Assembly (NCBI GenBank): GCA_963823665.1
Contig: CAWGMQ010000005.1
Coordinates: 320,001-384,000, forward strand
Length of the DNA stretch: 64,000 bases
Direction of reading: 5' to 3'
DNA from: an uncultured Planctomycetota bacterium
GTDB taxonomy: Bacteria > Planctomycetota > Planctomycetia > Isosphaerales > Isosphaeraceae
Position 1 is the stretch's first letter, and each line of letters begins with the position of its first letter. Below, piece by piece: positions 1 through 10,094 of this stretch. Both the position numbers and the translations under genes were made by a program. The notes beneath the pieces are model-generated. The model saw only the letters and a list, made by a program, of their open reading frames with translations. It did not search any database and was not told the DNA's origin.

Positions 1-905
1 TCGGTGCGGGCGCTCGGGCGGGTGACAGTTTATCCACCGCGCGGCGAATACCAGATCGTGATCCAGGTGCTCGAGCCCGAAGGAATCGGCGCACTCGAGC
101 TGGCGTTTCGGCAGCGATTCGCGCGTCTCCAGCAAGAGGGGCTTTTTGACCCGGCGCGAAGAGGCCCCTGCCCCGCTTCCCACGCGGGATTGTGATCGTC
201 TCAAGCCCTTCCGGCGCGGCCGTGCGCGACGTGCTTCAAGTGATCGGCCGCCGCTGGCGAGCCACTCGCGTGCTCATCGCCCCCACCCGCGTGCAAGGCG
301 CCGGCGCTGACCTCGAGGTGGCCGCCGCGCTCGCGCTGGCGAACCAGACAGCCGGTGTGGACGTCATCATCGTCGCTCGGGGTGGCGGAAGCATCGAAGA
401 CTTGTGGACGTTCAACGAGGAAATCGTCGTTCGCGCGATCGCCGGATCGCGGCTCCCGGTGGTTTCGGCCGTGGGGCACGAGATTGACGTCACGCTCGCC
501 GACCTGGCCGCCGACCGGCGCGCTCTTACGCCCAGCGAGGCAGGCGAAGTGTGCGTGCCTGATGCTCGCGAAGTGCTGATGCACCTGGACCGCCTCGCCG
601 AGCGGCTGCGGACAGCCGGCACGTCGCAGCTCAAGGACGCGCGCATCCGCCTGGTCGACCTCGCCGAACGCGCGCGGCTGGCGCTTGAACGTGATATCCT
701 CAACCGCCGGCATCGCGTTTCACGGCTGGCCGCCAGCCTCGAGGCGCTGAACCCGCTCGGCGTGCTCGCACGCGGCTACAGCCTCACGCTCAAGGCCGAT
801 GGAACCACATTGATCCGGGATAGCAGCCAGGTGAAAACCGGCGATCTCATCCACACCCGACTGGCCGCCGGATCCATCGCCAGCCGGGTTGAGAATGTAG
901 TGTGA
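1..905 (+). CDS. xseA: Exodeoxyribonuclease VII large subunit (5' truncated by window; 1-bp frameshift near 160, likely sequencing error)
   Basis: ORFs 4..195 (YPPRGEYQ...[11 protein letters not shown]...EGLFDP) and 192..905 ([46 protein letters not shown]) are consecutive XseA motifs. Restoring one A in CGAA(A)GAGG gives RKRPLPRFP. Adjacent to xseB. Confidence 0.95.
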
Positions 906-925
906 CGTGCATGAAAAGGTCTGTC

Positions 926-985
926 GTCGGGTGGGTTACACTTACCGTTATATGCTGGGATCTTGGTTGGTTTCACCCACCCTAC
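926..985. repeat. Inverted pair of GTAG-type REP elements (REPIN-like) in the xseA-xseB spacer
   Basis: 965-985 read on - is GTAGGGTGGGTGAAACCAACC. A degenerate opposite-strand copy GTCGGGTGGGTTACACTTACC lies at 926-946. Confidence 0.6.
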
Positions 986-1024
986 ACAAATGCCGATTCC
1001 GTCTAGCGAGGGCGAACGCACGCG

Positions 1025-1420
1025 ATGGGTGACGAAACAGAACCGAACTTCGAGCAATCTCTGGCGCAGCTCGAGCAGATCGTGGCGAGCCTCGAGCGCG
1101 GCGAGCCGGAGCTGACATCCGCGCTCTCCAAGTATGAAAAGGGAGTGCAGCTTCTCTCGATCTGCCATCGACTGCTCGAAAAGGCCGAGCAATCGGTGGC
1201 GCTATTAACAGGGGTCGACGACGAGGGACGTCCCATCACCGCTCCCTTCGATGCCACCGCAACCGTGGCGCACGAGGAAAGCCTGCCACCGGCGGCAGGC
1301 GAGGCGAGCTCGGCGACGGTCGACATCAAGCGACAGACAACCACCGAGCGAATGGTCGTGCGAAGGAGCCGAGCGAAACCAGCCGAATCTTCGGGAGACG
1401 CGAACGATCCTCCGTTCTGA
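1025..1420 (+). CDS. xseB: Exodeoxyribonuclease VII small subunit with low-complexity C-terminal tail
   Basis: FEQSLAQLEQIVASLERGE..L..AL..YEKGV.L...C...LEKAEQ is the XseB pattern; follows xseA. Confidence 0.93.
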   Translation: MGDETEPNFEQSLAQLEQIVASLERGEPELTSALSKYEKGVQLLSICHRLLEKAEQSVALLTGVDDEGRPITAPFDATATVAHEESLPPAAGEASSATVDIKRQTTTERMVVRRSRAKPAESSGDANDPPF

Positions 1421-1429
1421 CCGATTCCC

Positions 1430-2347
1430 ATGATCCAACATCTCTTGCCCATGCGCGATGGCCGGAAGCTCGAGGTCACCGAGTTCGGAGATCGCGCCGG
1501 ACATCCCGTCTTTTTCTTCCACGGGCTGATCGGATCGCATCATCAGGCAGCCTACATCTCCGACGAAGCGGGACGTGCCGGCCTCCGGATCATCGCGCCG
1601 AACCGGCCCGGTGTGGGCCACTCCGAGTTCGTCGCTCGCAAGACCGCGCTCGAGTGCGTGACCGACGTCGAAGACGTGGCAACGGCCCTGGGTTTCGACG
1701 AGTTCAGCCTGATCGGAATCTCCGGCGGAACACCTTACGCCCTGGCGGCCCTCTCGCGCCTGGCACAACGGGTGAAAACCGTGACGGTGATCAGCGGTAT
1801 GGGGCCGATCCATTTGCGCGGGGCGCTGCGCGGCATGGACCGGCGACGGAGGATCACGCTTGCGATCGGCTCACGATGGCCGAGCGTCGCGCGCCGCGGA
1901 TTCCAGAAAGCCGCCGACCGTTTCCGCGCCAACCCCGAGGGATTGCTTGATCGCCTGATCATGACCTGGTCCCTCGCTGATCAAATTGTGTTCAAACGGA
2001 AAAGCGTCTACGACCTCTTCATGCAGGACTTGCACCACGTCTTCACGCTCGGCGAGGGCCCGATCACGATGGCGCATGAGCTTGCCCTCTACCGCAATTA
2101 CGGCGTCTCGCTCAGCGACCTGCCCAAAGACAAGATGATCACCCTCTGGCACGGCCTCTCCGATAATATCGTTCCGCCGGCGATGGCTTGCGCGATGGCT
2201 TTATCACTGCCCTTGTGCGAGGCGCACCTGGTTCCCGGCGGGCATTTCGTGGCCGTCGATATCGCCGATCGGATCATTGCCCGGCTCAGGCGATCGCTCG
2301 AAGCGCCGAGCGACAGCCCGGCGGCAACACGGAGCCCATCCCGATGA
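1430..2347 (+). CDS. Alpha/beta-fold hydrolase
   Basis: FFFHGLIGS, PNRPGVGHS, nucleophile elbow GISGG, WHGLSDNIVP, GGHF. Confidence 0.88.
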   Translation: MIQHLLPMRDGRKLEVTEFGDRAGHPVFFFHGLIGSHHQAAYISDEAGRAGLRIIAPNRPGVGHSEFVARKTALECVTDVEDVATALGFDEFSLIGISGGTPYALAALSRLAQRVKTVTVISGMGPIHLRGALRGMDRRRRITLAIGSRWPSVARRGFQKAADRFRANPEGLLDRLIMTWSLADQIVFKRKSVYDLFMQDLHHVFTLGEGPITMAHELALYRNYGVSLSDLPKDKMITLWHGLSDNIVPPAMACAMALSLPLCEAHLVPGGHFVAVDIADRIIARLRRSLEAPSDSPAATRSPSR

Positions 2348-3105
2348 GCGAAACAGAGAAGGACCATTTTTCGGGACACGCCGCGTGCTATCAGCAGTTT
2401 CGGCCGAACTATCCTGCGCCGCTTTTTGAATACCTCGCGTCGCTCTGCACTGCGCATGATCTCGCGTGGGACTGTGCAACCGGCAACGGGCAGGCGGCCG
2501 TGCCGCTCGCTCGATACTTCACCAGCATTATCGCGACGGATTTCAGTGCGCAGCAGATTGAGCAGGCAGAGCGCCGGGCGACGGTGCGGTATCTGGTGGC
2601 GCCGGCGGATCAGGTTCCTCTTGCAGACACGTCGGCCGACCTCGTGACGGTCGCGCAGGCGCTGCACTGGTTCGACCTCACGAGCTTTTACCGCGAGGTG
2701 CGCCGGGTTGCCAAGCCGGGCGGGTTCCTGGCGGTCTGGTGTTACGAAATGCACCACATCACCCCGGAGATTGATGGGATAGTGCGCCGACTTTATTCCG
2801 ACATCGTGGGGCCGTACTGGCCGCCGGAGCGCAAGATTGTCGAGGAAGGGTATCGCACGCTGCCGTTCCCATTCGACGAGCTTGCACCACCCCAGTTCGA
2901 GATGGTGCACTCTTGGAATCTCGACCATGTATTGGGCTATTTTGGGTCGTGGTCGTCGACTCAGCGCTATCGCAAGCAAGTGGGTGAGGACCCGCTCGCG
3001 CTGATCGCCGATGAGCTCAAAGCAGTTTGGGGCGATCCCGAACGGGTTCGCGACGTCGTGTGGCCGTTGAATTTGAGGGTCGGGCGAGTCAGTCCAGTGT
3101 CTTGA
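2344..3105 (+). CDS. Class I SAM-dependent methyltransferase
   Basis: Start ATG overlaps upstream TGA (ATGA). KDHFSGHAACYQQFRPNYP, AWDCATGNGQAA, DLVTVAQALHWFD. Confidence 0.9.
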   Translation: MSETEKDHFSGHAACYQQFRPNYPAPLFEYLASLCTAHDLAWDCATGNGQAAVPLARYFTSIIATDFSAQQIEQAERRATVRYLVAPADQVPLADTSADLVTVAQALHWFDLTSFYREVRRVAKPGGFLAVWCYEMHHITPEIDGIVRRLYSDIVGPYWPPERKIVEEGYRTLPFPFDELAPPQFEMVHSWNLDHVLGYFGSWSSTQRYRKQVGEDPLALIADELKAVWGDPERVRDVVWPLNLRVGRVSPVS

Positions 3106-4417
3106 TCGACACATTCCGGAACTCGACCGGGTCGTTGTGGCCGGCGAAGCCGAAGAAGCCGGAAGTCCGGTCTTTGCCGGGATGGGGCGAGTTGGACATG
3201 AATTCCTTGACCTTGCTCAGGTCGGTGTCGAGGATGACGGTACCGTTTAACTCGACCTTGATCGTGGATCCCTTGACGGTGACCTCCTGGAAGTTCCACT
3301 GGCCGATTGGGCGCAGATAGCCGCGGGCGGCAGCGACCATGCCGTAGGCTGAGCCGTGCGCCTGGCGGGCGTCGAGAGATCCTGCGTACTTTGAGTGACC
3401 GTCATCCAGAACTTGCAGCTCGCACATGCCGTGATAGGCGGTGTCACCTTTGCCGGGATAACGGATCGCCAGGCCGTTGTTCCCGCCCGGCGGAAGCTTG
3501 AATTCAACCCGGGCCATGAAATCGGTCAACTCCTTGTTGAGATAAATGGTTCCTCCTTCATTCGGCTTGCAGCGCAGGACGCCGTCTTTGACTTCATAGT
3601 TCTCGATCGGGCCGGCCCAACCCGTCAGGTCCTGGCCGTTCAAGATCGGCTGGAAGCCCGAGCTGCCGTGCTTGGCCAGAATCTGGTTGGCCTCGTCGGG
3701 GGGGATCTCGCGAATTGAGATATTCCGCCACAGGAGCTCATGATCGTGGGTTTGAAGCTGAATCGAGCCTCGGGCCGGGATCGGCACGCTTCGCTTCCAG
3801 TAGTTCTCGAGCAGCGCGTGGTCGACGATGAGCTTGTCATTCAAGTAGATCGTTGTGCGCGCGCCGACCTGGATGATCCGGAATGTGTTCCACTGGCCGA
3901 CGGGGTTGTCGGCGCGGACCAGGGGATCTTTTCCCGGTGCGCCCGGGCTGTTGTTCCAAAGACCGCCAGAGCCCTTGTCGGCGCCCATCGACGCGTAACG
4001 CGGCTCGGTGAAATCCCAGATCTGGACCTGCGGCGTCCCGCGCAGGTACACGCCGCTATCGCCCTGCGGTCCGATCTTCCAATCGACCAGGATCTCGATG
4101 TCGCCGTATTCTTTGTCAGTGGTGAGATAGACACCCTGGCCATCATTGACGATTACGCCGTCTTGAACCTTCCAGTGTTTCGTCATGTCGTCGGCACCCT
4201 CGGCGAGCACCTTGGATTTCTCTTCCGCGGCGAGTGCTTCGAACTGGCGCGGATCCATCGTCTTCAGGCCATGCCAGCCGGTGAAATCGTTGCCGTTGAA
4301 GAGCGTGGTGAAGCCGTCGCGCGAGTTGGCCGGTTGCACGGCGGCTTTGCGATCGTCGCCGAAGGCGGAACCCGTGATGAGTCCGGCGAACAAGACGAGT
4401 GAAATTGGCTGGCGCAT
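3089..4417 (-). CDS. Secreted tandem DUF1080 (3-keto-disaccharide hydrolase family) protein
   Basis: Signal peptide and two repeats of LFNG.D.TGW ... DSG/NNG ... GQWN ... G.I.LQ.H / FAGHNDPVEFRNV. Confidence 0.88.
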   Translation of the reverse strand: MRQPISLVLFAGLITGSAFGDDRKAAVQPANSRDGFTTLFNGNDFTGWHGLKTMDPRQFEALAAEEKSKVLAEGADDMTKHWKVQDGVIVNDGQGVYLTTDKEYGDIEILVDWKIGPQGDSGVYLRGTPQVQIWDFTEPRYASMGADKGSGGLWNNSPGAPGKDPLVRADNPVGQWNTFRIIQVGARTTIYLNDKLIVDHALLENYWKRSVPIPARGSIQLQTHDHELLWRNISIREIPPDEANQILAKHGSSGFQPILNGQDLTGWAGPIENYEVKDGVLRCKPNEGGTIYLNKELTDFMARVEFKLPPGGNNGLAIRYPGKGDTAYHGMCELQVLDDGHSKYAGSLDARQAHGSAYGMVAAARGYLRPIGQWNFQEVTVKGSTIKVELNGTVILDTDLSKVKEFMSNSPHPGKDRTSGFFGFAGHNDPVEFRNVSIKTLD

Positions 4418-4525
4418 GATGTCGTTCTCTCAGAGCTCGATGGTTTGAAAAAAGGGGAGGCTGGAATATGGGTGGGAACGCACGGATGGTTTGCACCATC
4501 ATCGGCGGAGTTTGCACGCGGATCA

Positions 4526-4547
4526 AGTGTAGTGCCAAGGGCTGAAG
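4526..4547 (+). repeat. Direct-repeat motif copy 1 (AGTGTAGTGCCAAGGGCTGAAG), candidate att-like site
   Basis: Identical 22-mer at 9856-9877; related copies at 12832 and 13628. Confidence 0.85.
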
Positions 4548-4578
4548 CCCGTGAACTCCGTTCAGGAGTTTGATAACG

Positions 4579-7500
4579 CTATTCGGGGCTTACCGCGACC
4601 GAGGAATCTTCGCGGGATTCTTCGCCATTCCTCAAACCCAGGGCAAGGGCCGCACCCGATGCACCGAGGGATTCCACCAGCTCGTGCGCCGCGGCGCGGA
4701 CTCGCAGAGCAGGGTCTTCCAGGGCTTCTCGAAGGACGGCGGCCGCGCTCGGGTCGCTCGATTCCGCGGAGAGAAGCGATCTCGCGGCAATCAAACGCAC
4801 ACGCGAGTTCGGATCCGCGACAAGGCGCTGCATTACCTCCGACACCGTGCCGGTAGGAGCCAGAGATAGCGCCATCGCAGCGTTCATTCGCAGGCCATCG
4901 TCGGCATCAAACGTGCACTCGACGAGTGAGGGGATGGCCGCCGCTGGAATGGCGTCGAGCCGGGCCAAGGCGTGGGCGCAGTTCGCGCGTACCCGAACCT
5001 CCGGGTCGCCCAAGGCTTCGACGAGCGCGGAGATGGCTTGTTCCTCTATGGCCGTCGCGTTCATCCAGCCTGCCGAGGCCAACATCCGCACGTTGCCGCA
5101 GGCATCCTTCAGGCCGGCGGCAAGCGCCTCCGGCGTCTCGGGTGGTTGAATCTTTGCGATCGCTCGCATGGCCTGTTGGCGAACACTTTCGACCCCGTTC
5201 TGAACGGCGTGGAGCAGAGGCCCTCCGGCGGCGCCGGCGGCCCCACCAAGCTGGCCAAGGGCCAGGGCAGAGTAGACCTGAACCCAGTCGCTGTCATCTT
5301 CCAGCAGCCGGCGGCACAAGCCTTCGATGACTGCCGGCCTTGCACCCGCAAGCTTCGGCAACACCTTGGTTACCTCAACTTTGACCTGATCATTCGCGTC
5401 GTCGAGGAGGCAAATCAGGCCTTCCAGGTCTGCTTCGCTCGGCTCGCCCCACTGGCCCAAGGACTGGACCGCGGCGGCTCGAACCAGAGGGTCGGGATCC
5501 CGGAACGCCGCCACGACCATCGGTGTCAATCGCCGAGTCGGCATGCCCAGCGCACCCAAGGCACGAATGGCCTCGCTACGGACGCCACCGTCCTCGTCGT
5601 GAATTATTCTCTCGAGTGCGGGCCGCGCGGCGGCCGCTGTACCCCCCATTCTGCCGAGCGCCTCGGCCGCGTTTCGGCGCACAACTGCATTCACGTGGCT
5701 CAGGGAATCGACCAGGGCAGGAATTGCCCCGTCGGCGGATTCTCCCATCTCGCCCAGGGCTTCCGCCGCCAGGGCACTCACCACGTTGTCTTGGTCTCGT
5801 AGGGCTCGCATCAGACCGGGAACAGCAACAAGAGCCGCGCATTCGCCGATCTTGCCGAGCGCCTCTACGGCCATGGCTCGCACCCGGTCGTTGTCGTCGG
5901 CCATCGCGTGGACCAGAGCAGGGGCAGCGTCATCGGCCGCGGCGCCAATGGTCCCGAGAGCCTCGGCCGTCTGAGCGCGCACAACATTGTCCGGGCTGTT
6001 CAGACCTAGAACCAACGCGTCCGTGGCTGCGTGATCCAGCGGCCCGACGTGCGCGATGGCTTCGGCAGCGGCCGTGCGTACCGACTCGTCGCTATCCTGC
6101 AAAAGCGGCACAAGCGCCGGGACCGCCGGAGCCGCGTCCTTCCCCATCACTCCCAGGGCCCGCGTCGCCGAGATCTTGACGGGCGCACTCGAGTCCTTCA
6201 GCATCTGGACGAGTGCGGCGGTGGTAGCCTGCGGGGACCCGCGGACCTCGCCAAGTGCCGTGGCCGCGTGGCAGCGAATCGTTTCGTCCGACTCGTTCAA
6301 CAATGCGATCAGTAGCGGCCCCGCCGCCGCCGCTGCCGGCCCGATCCGACCCAGCGCCGTGACGGCCTGGATCCGCACCGCCGTCGAGTCGTCGGCCAGG
6401 GCCGCCTGAAGCGTCGCCACGGCGAACTCGACGGGGTCGTGCTTTGGTGATTGCGCGAATTGGTTCCGTTTCTGAAAGAACAGCCAGATCCTTCCCACTC
6501 TCGCGACTCGGACCCGACGACGGGCGCGCATGGAGTGCGCCGATACGGCCCGCAGGCTGCCGAGGACCCCGAGCGCTTCGATCACGCTTTGCCGCACCAT
6601 CTCGCTGGGGTCTCGAATGAGTGCGGCCAGTACTGGCAACGCTTTCACGGCGTGGAGCCGGCCCAGCGCAGCAGCGACGATTGCACGGACGTGCGCGTGC
6701 CGGTCGCGCAAGTCACGGACCAGGGCGGGGATTATGGAGGGACCAATCGTTTCCAGGATGAGCGGCAGCCGGTCCCGCTGCTCCTTCGTCAGCGTCGGCA
6801 CCAGGCGCAGCGACCCCAGCAGTGGGCCGATCGCCAGTGCACCGTAACTCGGTAACGCATTCCGAGCCCGGTCGTGGATCGGCTCGTGCGGACTCCAGAA
6901 ATCGGTGATCGTTTCGGCTAGCAGTTTTCCCTGTCGCAGGGATGCGAAGATCTGATGGAGCAAGACCATCGTGAAGAACAGTTTGAACCCGGCGAGCAGC
7001 GCTTGTGCCGGCCAGGTGGCCACGCGAACGGATGCGGCCCCCAAGATATGGTGTGACTTGAACAGGTCAAGCACGTCCACGATGCCCAGGGTTTGCGCGA
7101 GAGCGTAAGCCACGAAGTCGACATATGCCGGCACCCTCAGTACGTTGGCAACCTGATACCAGTCTCGCCCGATCGATTCATAGAGGCCTTGGTTCAGCAG
7201 GGCGAACCCGCCGATCAAAGCAACGGTCGCGCATCCCAATAAAGGCAGACGGAGATGCCTGCCGTATAGTTCGAGGTTCAGTGCCAGCCCCTGGCCCTTG
7301 AGCGGGTTATGGACCGCCTTGTAACCCCGCTCGACCTCGTTCCGTTCCAGGTCGATGAACATGTAAGCCAGGCAAGCGGTGATCCCCATGAACATTGGGG
7401 GCAGGCCGAACAGGACCCTCAAACCGGGCCACAGGCTCCCGGCCAGCCCGCCCGCAACGAGAAAAACGACGACGATCCCCAAGAACACCGGCCACGAAGC

Positions 7501-7740
7501 CCACCCTAGCAGACGCTCCCAGAGCAGAAAGCCCCCCTGGATGGCTCCTTTCACAACAAGGCCGACGCCGCGCAAGACCGCGGCAATCAGCCCGATCCGG
7601 TGCAAGATGCCCGCCAGCACGCTTGTTCCAGCGAGCACCAGAAGCAGCAGATACGATGGATCTGCCTGTTCCAGCTTGTCAAGCCAGAGCGCGGCATTCA
7701 TGAACACCGCCTCGGGCCACAAGTACACTGGAATGAACAT
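4579..7740 (-). CDS. Membrane-anchored HEAT/PBS-lyase repeat protein
   Basis: About 270-aa hydrophobic N-terminus with several TM segments, then many D....VR..AAEALG repeats. Confidence 0.85.
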   Translation of the reverse strand: MFIPVYLWPEAVFMNAALWLDKLEQADPSYLLLLVLAGTSVLAGILHRIGLIAAVLRGVGLVVKGAIQGGFLLWERLLGWASWPVFLGIVVVFLVAGGLAGSLWPGLRVLFGLPPMFMGITACLAYMFIDLERNEVERGYKAVHNPLKGQGLALNLELYGRHLRLPLLGCATVALIGGFALLNQGLYESIGRDWYQVANVLRVPAYVDFVAYALAQTLGIVDVLDLFKSHHILGAASVRVATWPAQALLAGFKLFFTMVLLHQIFASLRQGKLLAETITDFWSPHEPIHDRARNALPSYGALAIGPLLGSLRLVPTLTKEQRDRLPLILETIGPSIIPALVRDLRDRHAHVRAIVAAALGRLHAVKALPVLAALIRDPSEMVRQSVIEALGVLGSLRAVSAHSMRARRRVRVARVGRIWLFFQKRNQFAQSPKHDPVEFAVATLQAALADDSTAVRIQAVTALGRIGPAAAAAGPLLIALLNESDETIRCHAATALGEVRGSPQATTAALVQMLKDSSAPVKISATRALGVMGKDAAPAVPALVPLLQDSDESVRTAAAEAIAHVGPLDHAATDALVLGLNSPDNVVRAQTAEALGTIGAAADDAAPALVHAMADDNDRVRAMAVEALGKIGECAALVAVPGLMRALRDQDNVVSALAAEALGEMGESADGAIPALVDSLSHVNAVVRRNAAEALGRMGGTAAAARPALERIIHDEDGGVRSEAIRALGALGMPTRRLTPMVVAAFRDPDPLVRAAAVQSLGQWGEPSEADLEGLICLLDDANDQVKVEVTKVLPKLAGARPAVIEGLCRRLLEDDSDWVQVYSALALGQLGGAAGAAGGPLLHAVQNGVESVRQQAMRAIAKIQPPETPEALAAGLKDACGNVRMLASAGWMNATAIEEQAISALVEALGDPEVRVRANCAHALARLDAIPAAAIPSLVECTFDADDGLRMNAAMALSLAPTGTVSEVMQRLVADPNSRVRLIAARSLLSAESSDPSAAAVLREALEDPALRVRAAAHELVESLGASGAALALGLRNGEESREDSSVAVSPE

Positions 7741-7746
7741 GTCTCA

Positions 7747-8187
7747 CTATTTCTTGCTCACGTTGACCTTGAACTCGCTCTTGGCGTCGGCGCCCGTTGT
7801 CGGGTGACCTATGACCTTGATCGTGAATTCACCCAATGAGGCGTCGGCCGCGGCTTTGAGCGTGACCTTCGCTTCGGAGTCCCCGTGCTTGATAATCGGG
7901 CTGGCGGAAGCGAGAGTTACTCCTTTCGGGCCCTCGGCAAAAGTGAGCTCGACGTCTCCGTCGAAATTCTTGCCGCGAGCGATACCGATCGCGGCTTCTT
8001 TCGTCTCTCCCTGATGAAGGGGCGTCGACATATGCGGCACGCTGAGACTGAACGTGTTGTCAGTCTCTCCGTACACGGGCTGCTTGTGTGGCGGGTTGGT
8101 TACTCCCGGTCCGCCCGGCGTGCTCTGAGTGCAGCCGGCGAGGGCGAACCCCAGCAGAACCAGTGAGCCAGCGACTGAAGCCTTCAT
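7747..8187 (-). CDS. Putative lipoprotein with Ig-like beta domain
   Basis: Lipobox FALAGC; beta-rich body; stop 6 nt before the HEAT gene start (operon). Confidence 0.8.
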   Translation of the reverse strand: MKASVAGSLVLLGFALAGCTQSTPGGPGVTNPPHKQPVYGETDNTFSLSVPHMSTPLHQGETKEAAIGIARGKNFDGDVELTFAEGPKGVTLASASPIIKHGDSEAKVTLKAAADASLGEFTIKVIGHPTTGADAKSEFKVNVSKK

Positions 8188-8394
8188 GGAAGATCACCTT
8201 TCTCAGTAACCACGGGGAATGTAACCTACGACCACCAATGGAAGCTGGGAGAAACTCTCTGATCCAGCGGGGGAACACACGCCGGTGGCCCGATGATGGT
8301 GGGCCGCACGGCCCACCGCCAGTTCCGACGTGCCTATTTACCCGTGAGATGCAAATGTCGGGCCCTCCGACCATCTATGCTGGATCGAATCCGC

Positions 8395-8510
8395 AAAAAA
8401 AAACCGGCGTGGTCGAACACCCTCAGGCATTCGACCACGCCGGCTTACTCGTCAACGAGCCCCCCGGCGCGGCCGGGTTGCCCTCAGTCTAGTCGTCCGA
8501 CGACATCTAA
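8395..8510 (-). ncRNA. Candidate structured ncRNA or 5' leader ending in an intrinsic terminator
   Basis: Minus strand: hairpins GTCGT-CGG-ACGAC, CCGG-CCGCG-CCGG, CTCGT-TG-ACGAG, then a perfect 14-bp stem CCGGCGTGGTCGAA/TTCGACCACGCCGG followed by T9. Confidence 0.6.
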
Positions 8511-8657
8511 TCAGGTTTTTATCGGAGCCGACAGCCAGTTGACATGGGCTCGTGTTTCACTTTTATTTTGACAAGCTGAGCGCAAATAGCAAGTGAATTC
8601 TTTTACGTTCTTTTGTATAAAAAGGTTGAGACTTCCCAAAGACAGAGGACCACGACG

Positions 8658-9575
8658 ATGCCGCTCCAGGATGCTCGTCCCACGCTCGACGACTCGACCG
8701 ATGAGCATCCGGCTACCCCCGAGCCCGATCCGCCTCGGGTACGGATCAGGTTCGGCGCCCTGACCGACACGGGCAAAGTCCGCGTCACCAACGAGGATCA
8801 TTTCCTGGTCGCCGGGCTCTCCAAGTCAATGCAGGTATACAAGACCAGCCTGCAAGGACGGGACAGGTCGTTGTTCTCCGACGAAGAGGGATTCCTGATC
8901 GTGGTCGCTGACGGCGTGGGGGGCGCCGCGGGCGGTGAACGTGCCAGCGCCCTGGCGGTTGAGAACATGGAATCGTTCGTGCTGAACACGCTCAAATGGT
9001 TCCTCCACTTCAGCGGCCACGACGAGCACTCCCTTCTTGCCGAGCTTCGCCAAAGCCTCGAACGCGCTGATCGGACCGTGATCGAGCGCGCCCGGACCAA
9101 CCCCGTCCTCCAGGGCATGGCGACTACCCTGACGATGGCCTATAGCGTCGCCAACGACCTGTACATCGTCCACGCGGGGGACTCACGCGCGTACCTGTTC
9201 CGCGAGGGTGTACTCGAGCAGTTGACCAGCGACCACACGCTCGTCCAACGCTTGATCGACGGCGGCGCGATTTCGACGGAGGATGCCAAGCGGCACAAGT
9301 GGCGCAACGTCGTGACCAACGTCATCGGCGGTGACCGCGAGGGTGTCTTTGCCGAGGTCCACAAGCTCGCGGTGCTCGACGGCGACACGCTGCTGTTCTG
9401 CACCGACGGCCTGACCGAGCCCGTTAGCGACGACGCAATCGCCGAGGCCCTCCGGCATCACCCCGATCCCGAAGACGCCTGCGCGCACCTCGTGGACCTG
9501 GCCCTCCGCGGAGGCGGGTCCGACAATGTGACCGCGGTCGTCGCACGGTATCAGGTTGATCAGAATCCATTGTGA
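8658..9575 (+). CDS. PP2C-family Ser/Thr protein phosphatase
   Basis: TDTGKVRVTNED, VADGVGG, GMATTLT, HAGDSRAY, LTSDHT, CTDGL, GGSDNVT; GAGGA RBS. Confidence 0.92.
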   Translation: MPLQDARPTLDDSTDEHPATPEPDPPRVRIRFGALTDTGKVRVTNEDHFLVAGLSKSMQVYKTSLQGRDRSLFSDEEGFLIVVADGVGGAAGGERASALAVENMESFVLNTLKWFLHFSGHDEHSLLAELRQSLERADRTVIERARTNPVLQGMATTLTMAYSVANDLYIVHAGDSRAYLFREGVLEQLTSDHTLVQRLIDGGAISTEDAKRHKWRNVVTNVIGGDREGVFAEVHKLAVLDGDTLLFCTDGLTEPVSDDAIAEALRHHPDPEDACAHLVDLALRGGGSDNVTAVVARYQVDQNPL

Positions 9576-9586
9576 GGAGAACGGAG

Positions 9587-9856
9587 ATGCATCACTTCCG
9601 AGGAAAGCTCTTCCAGGGGGAGAAGGTCTGTCTCGATCCCGCAAACGTCTACATCGACTACCAATCGGAGGTTGATGTAACCTCGAACTGGTCTGGCTAC
9701 CTCCTGGTCAAATCAGAGAAGGACGTGGCGGCTGGAGGCATCTACACGCTGAAGTTGGAGGACGGGCGGGCTGGACAGCTACGGATCGACACTCTCGCTC
9801 CAGACGACTCGGATAAGGTTCGAGCGATGTTCGTGGGCGAGGGGTTGCTGGGGTGA
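9587..9856 (+). CDS. Small hypothetical beta-rich protein
   Basis: 89-aa ORF with GGAG RBS just after PP2C; its TGA runs into repeat copy 2. Confidence 0.7.
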   Translation: MHHFRGKLFQGEKVCLDPANVYIDYQSEVDVTSNWSGYLLVKSEKDVAAGGIYTLKLEDGRAGQLRIDTLAPDDSDKVRAMFVGEGLLG

Positions 9857-9877
9857 GTGTAGTGCCAAGGGCTGAAG
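9856..9877 (+). repeat. Direct-repeat motif copy 2 (AGTGTAGTGCCAAGGGCTGAAG)
   Basis: Identical to 4526-4547. Confidence 0.85.
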
Positions 9878-10094
9878 TACTGCCAACTTGGCTGACCCCG
9901 TGGACAAGCCTGGGATTGGCAGGGCAATTGCAAGCACGTTTGATACCCAGGCGGAGAATTCGGTATTGAAAAGGCGTGGGATAGGCTCCATCGGGCTGCG
10001 CCTCGAATCCGGCCCGGGGACTCTCGAGAGGATCGTCCGCGCGGACGGCCTCGTGAGGGCAAAGACCTTGAAGTGACCGAAGGAAGGCACCCCC

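Noticed and set aside
8395..8510. c-di-GMP-I or another known riboswitch; also the overlapping ORF 8088..8492
   Set aside because: The GGCAAC segment is only superficially similar and I cannot match the GEMM consensus. The ORF lacks recognisable protein features and runs across the hairpins.
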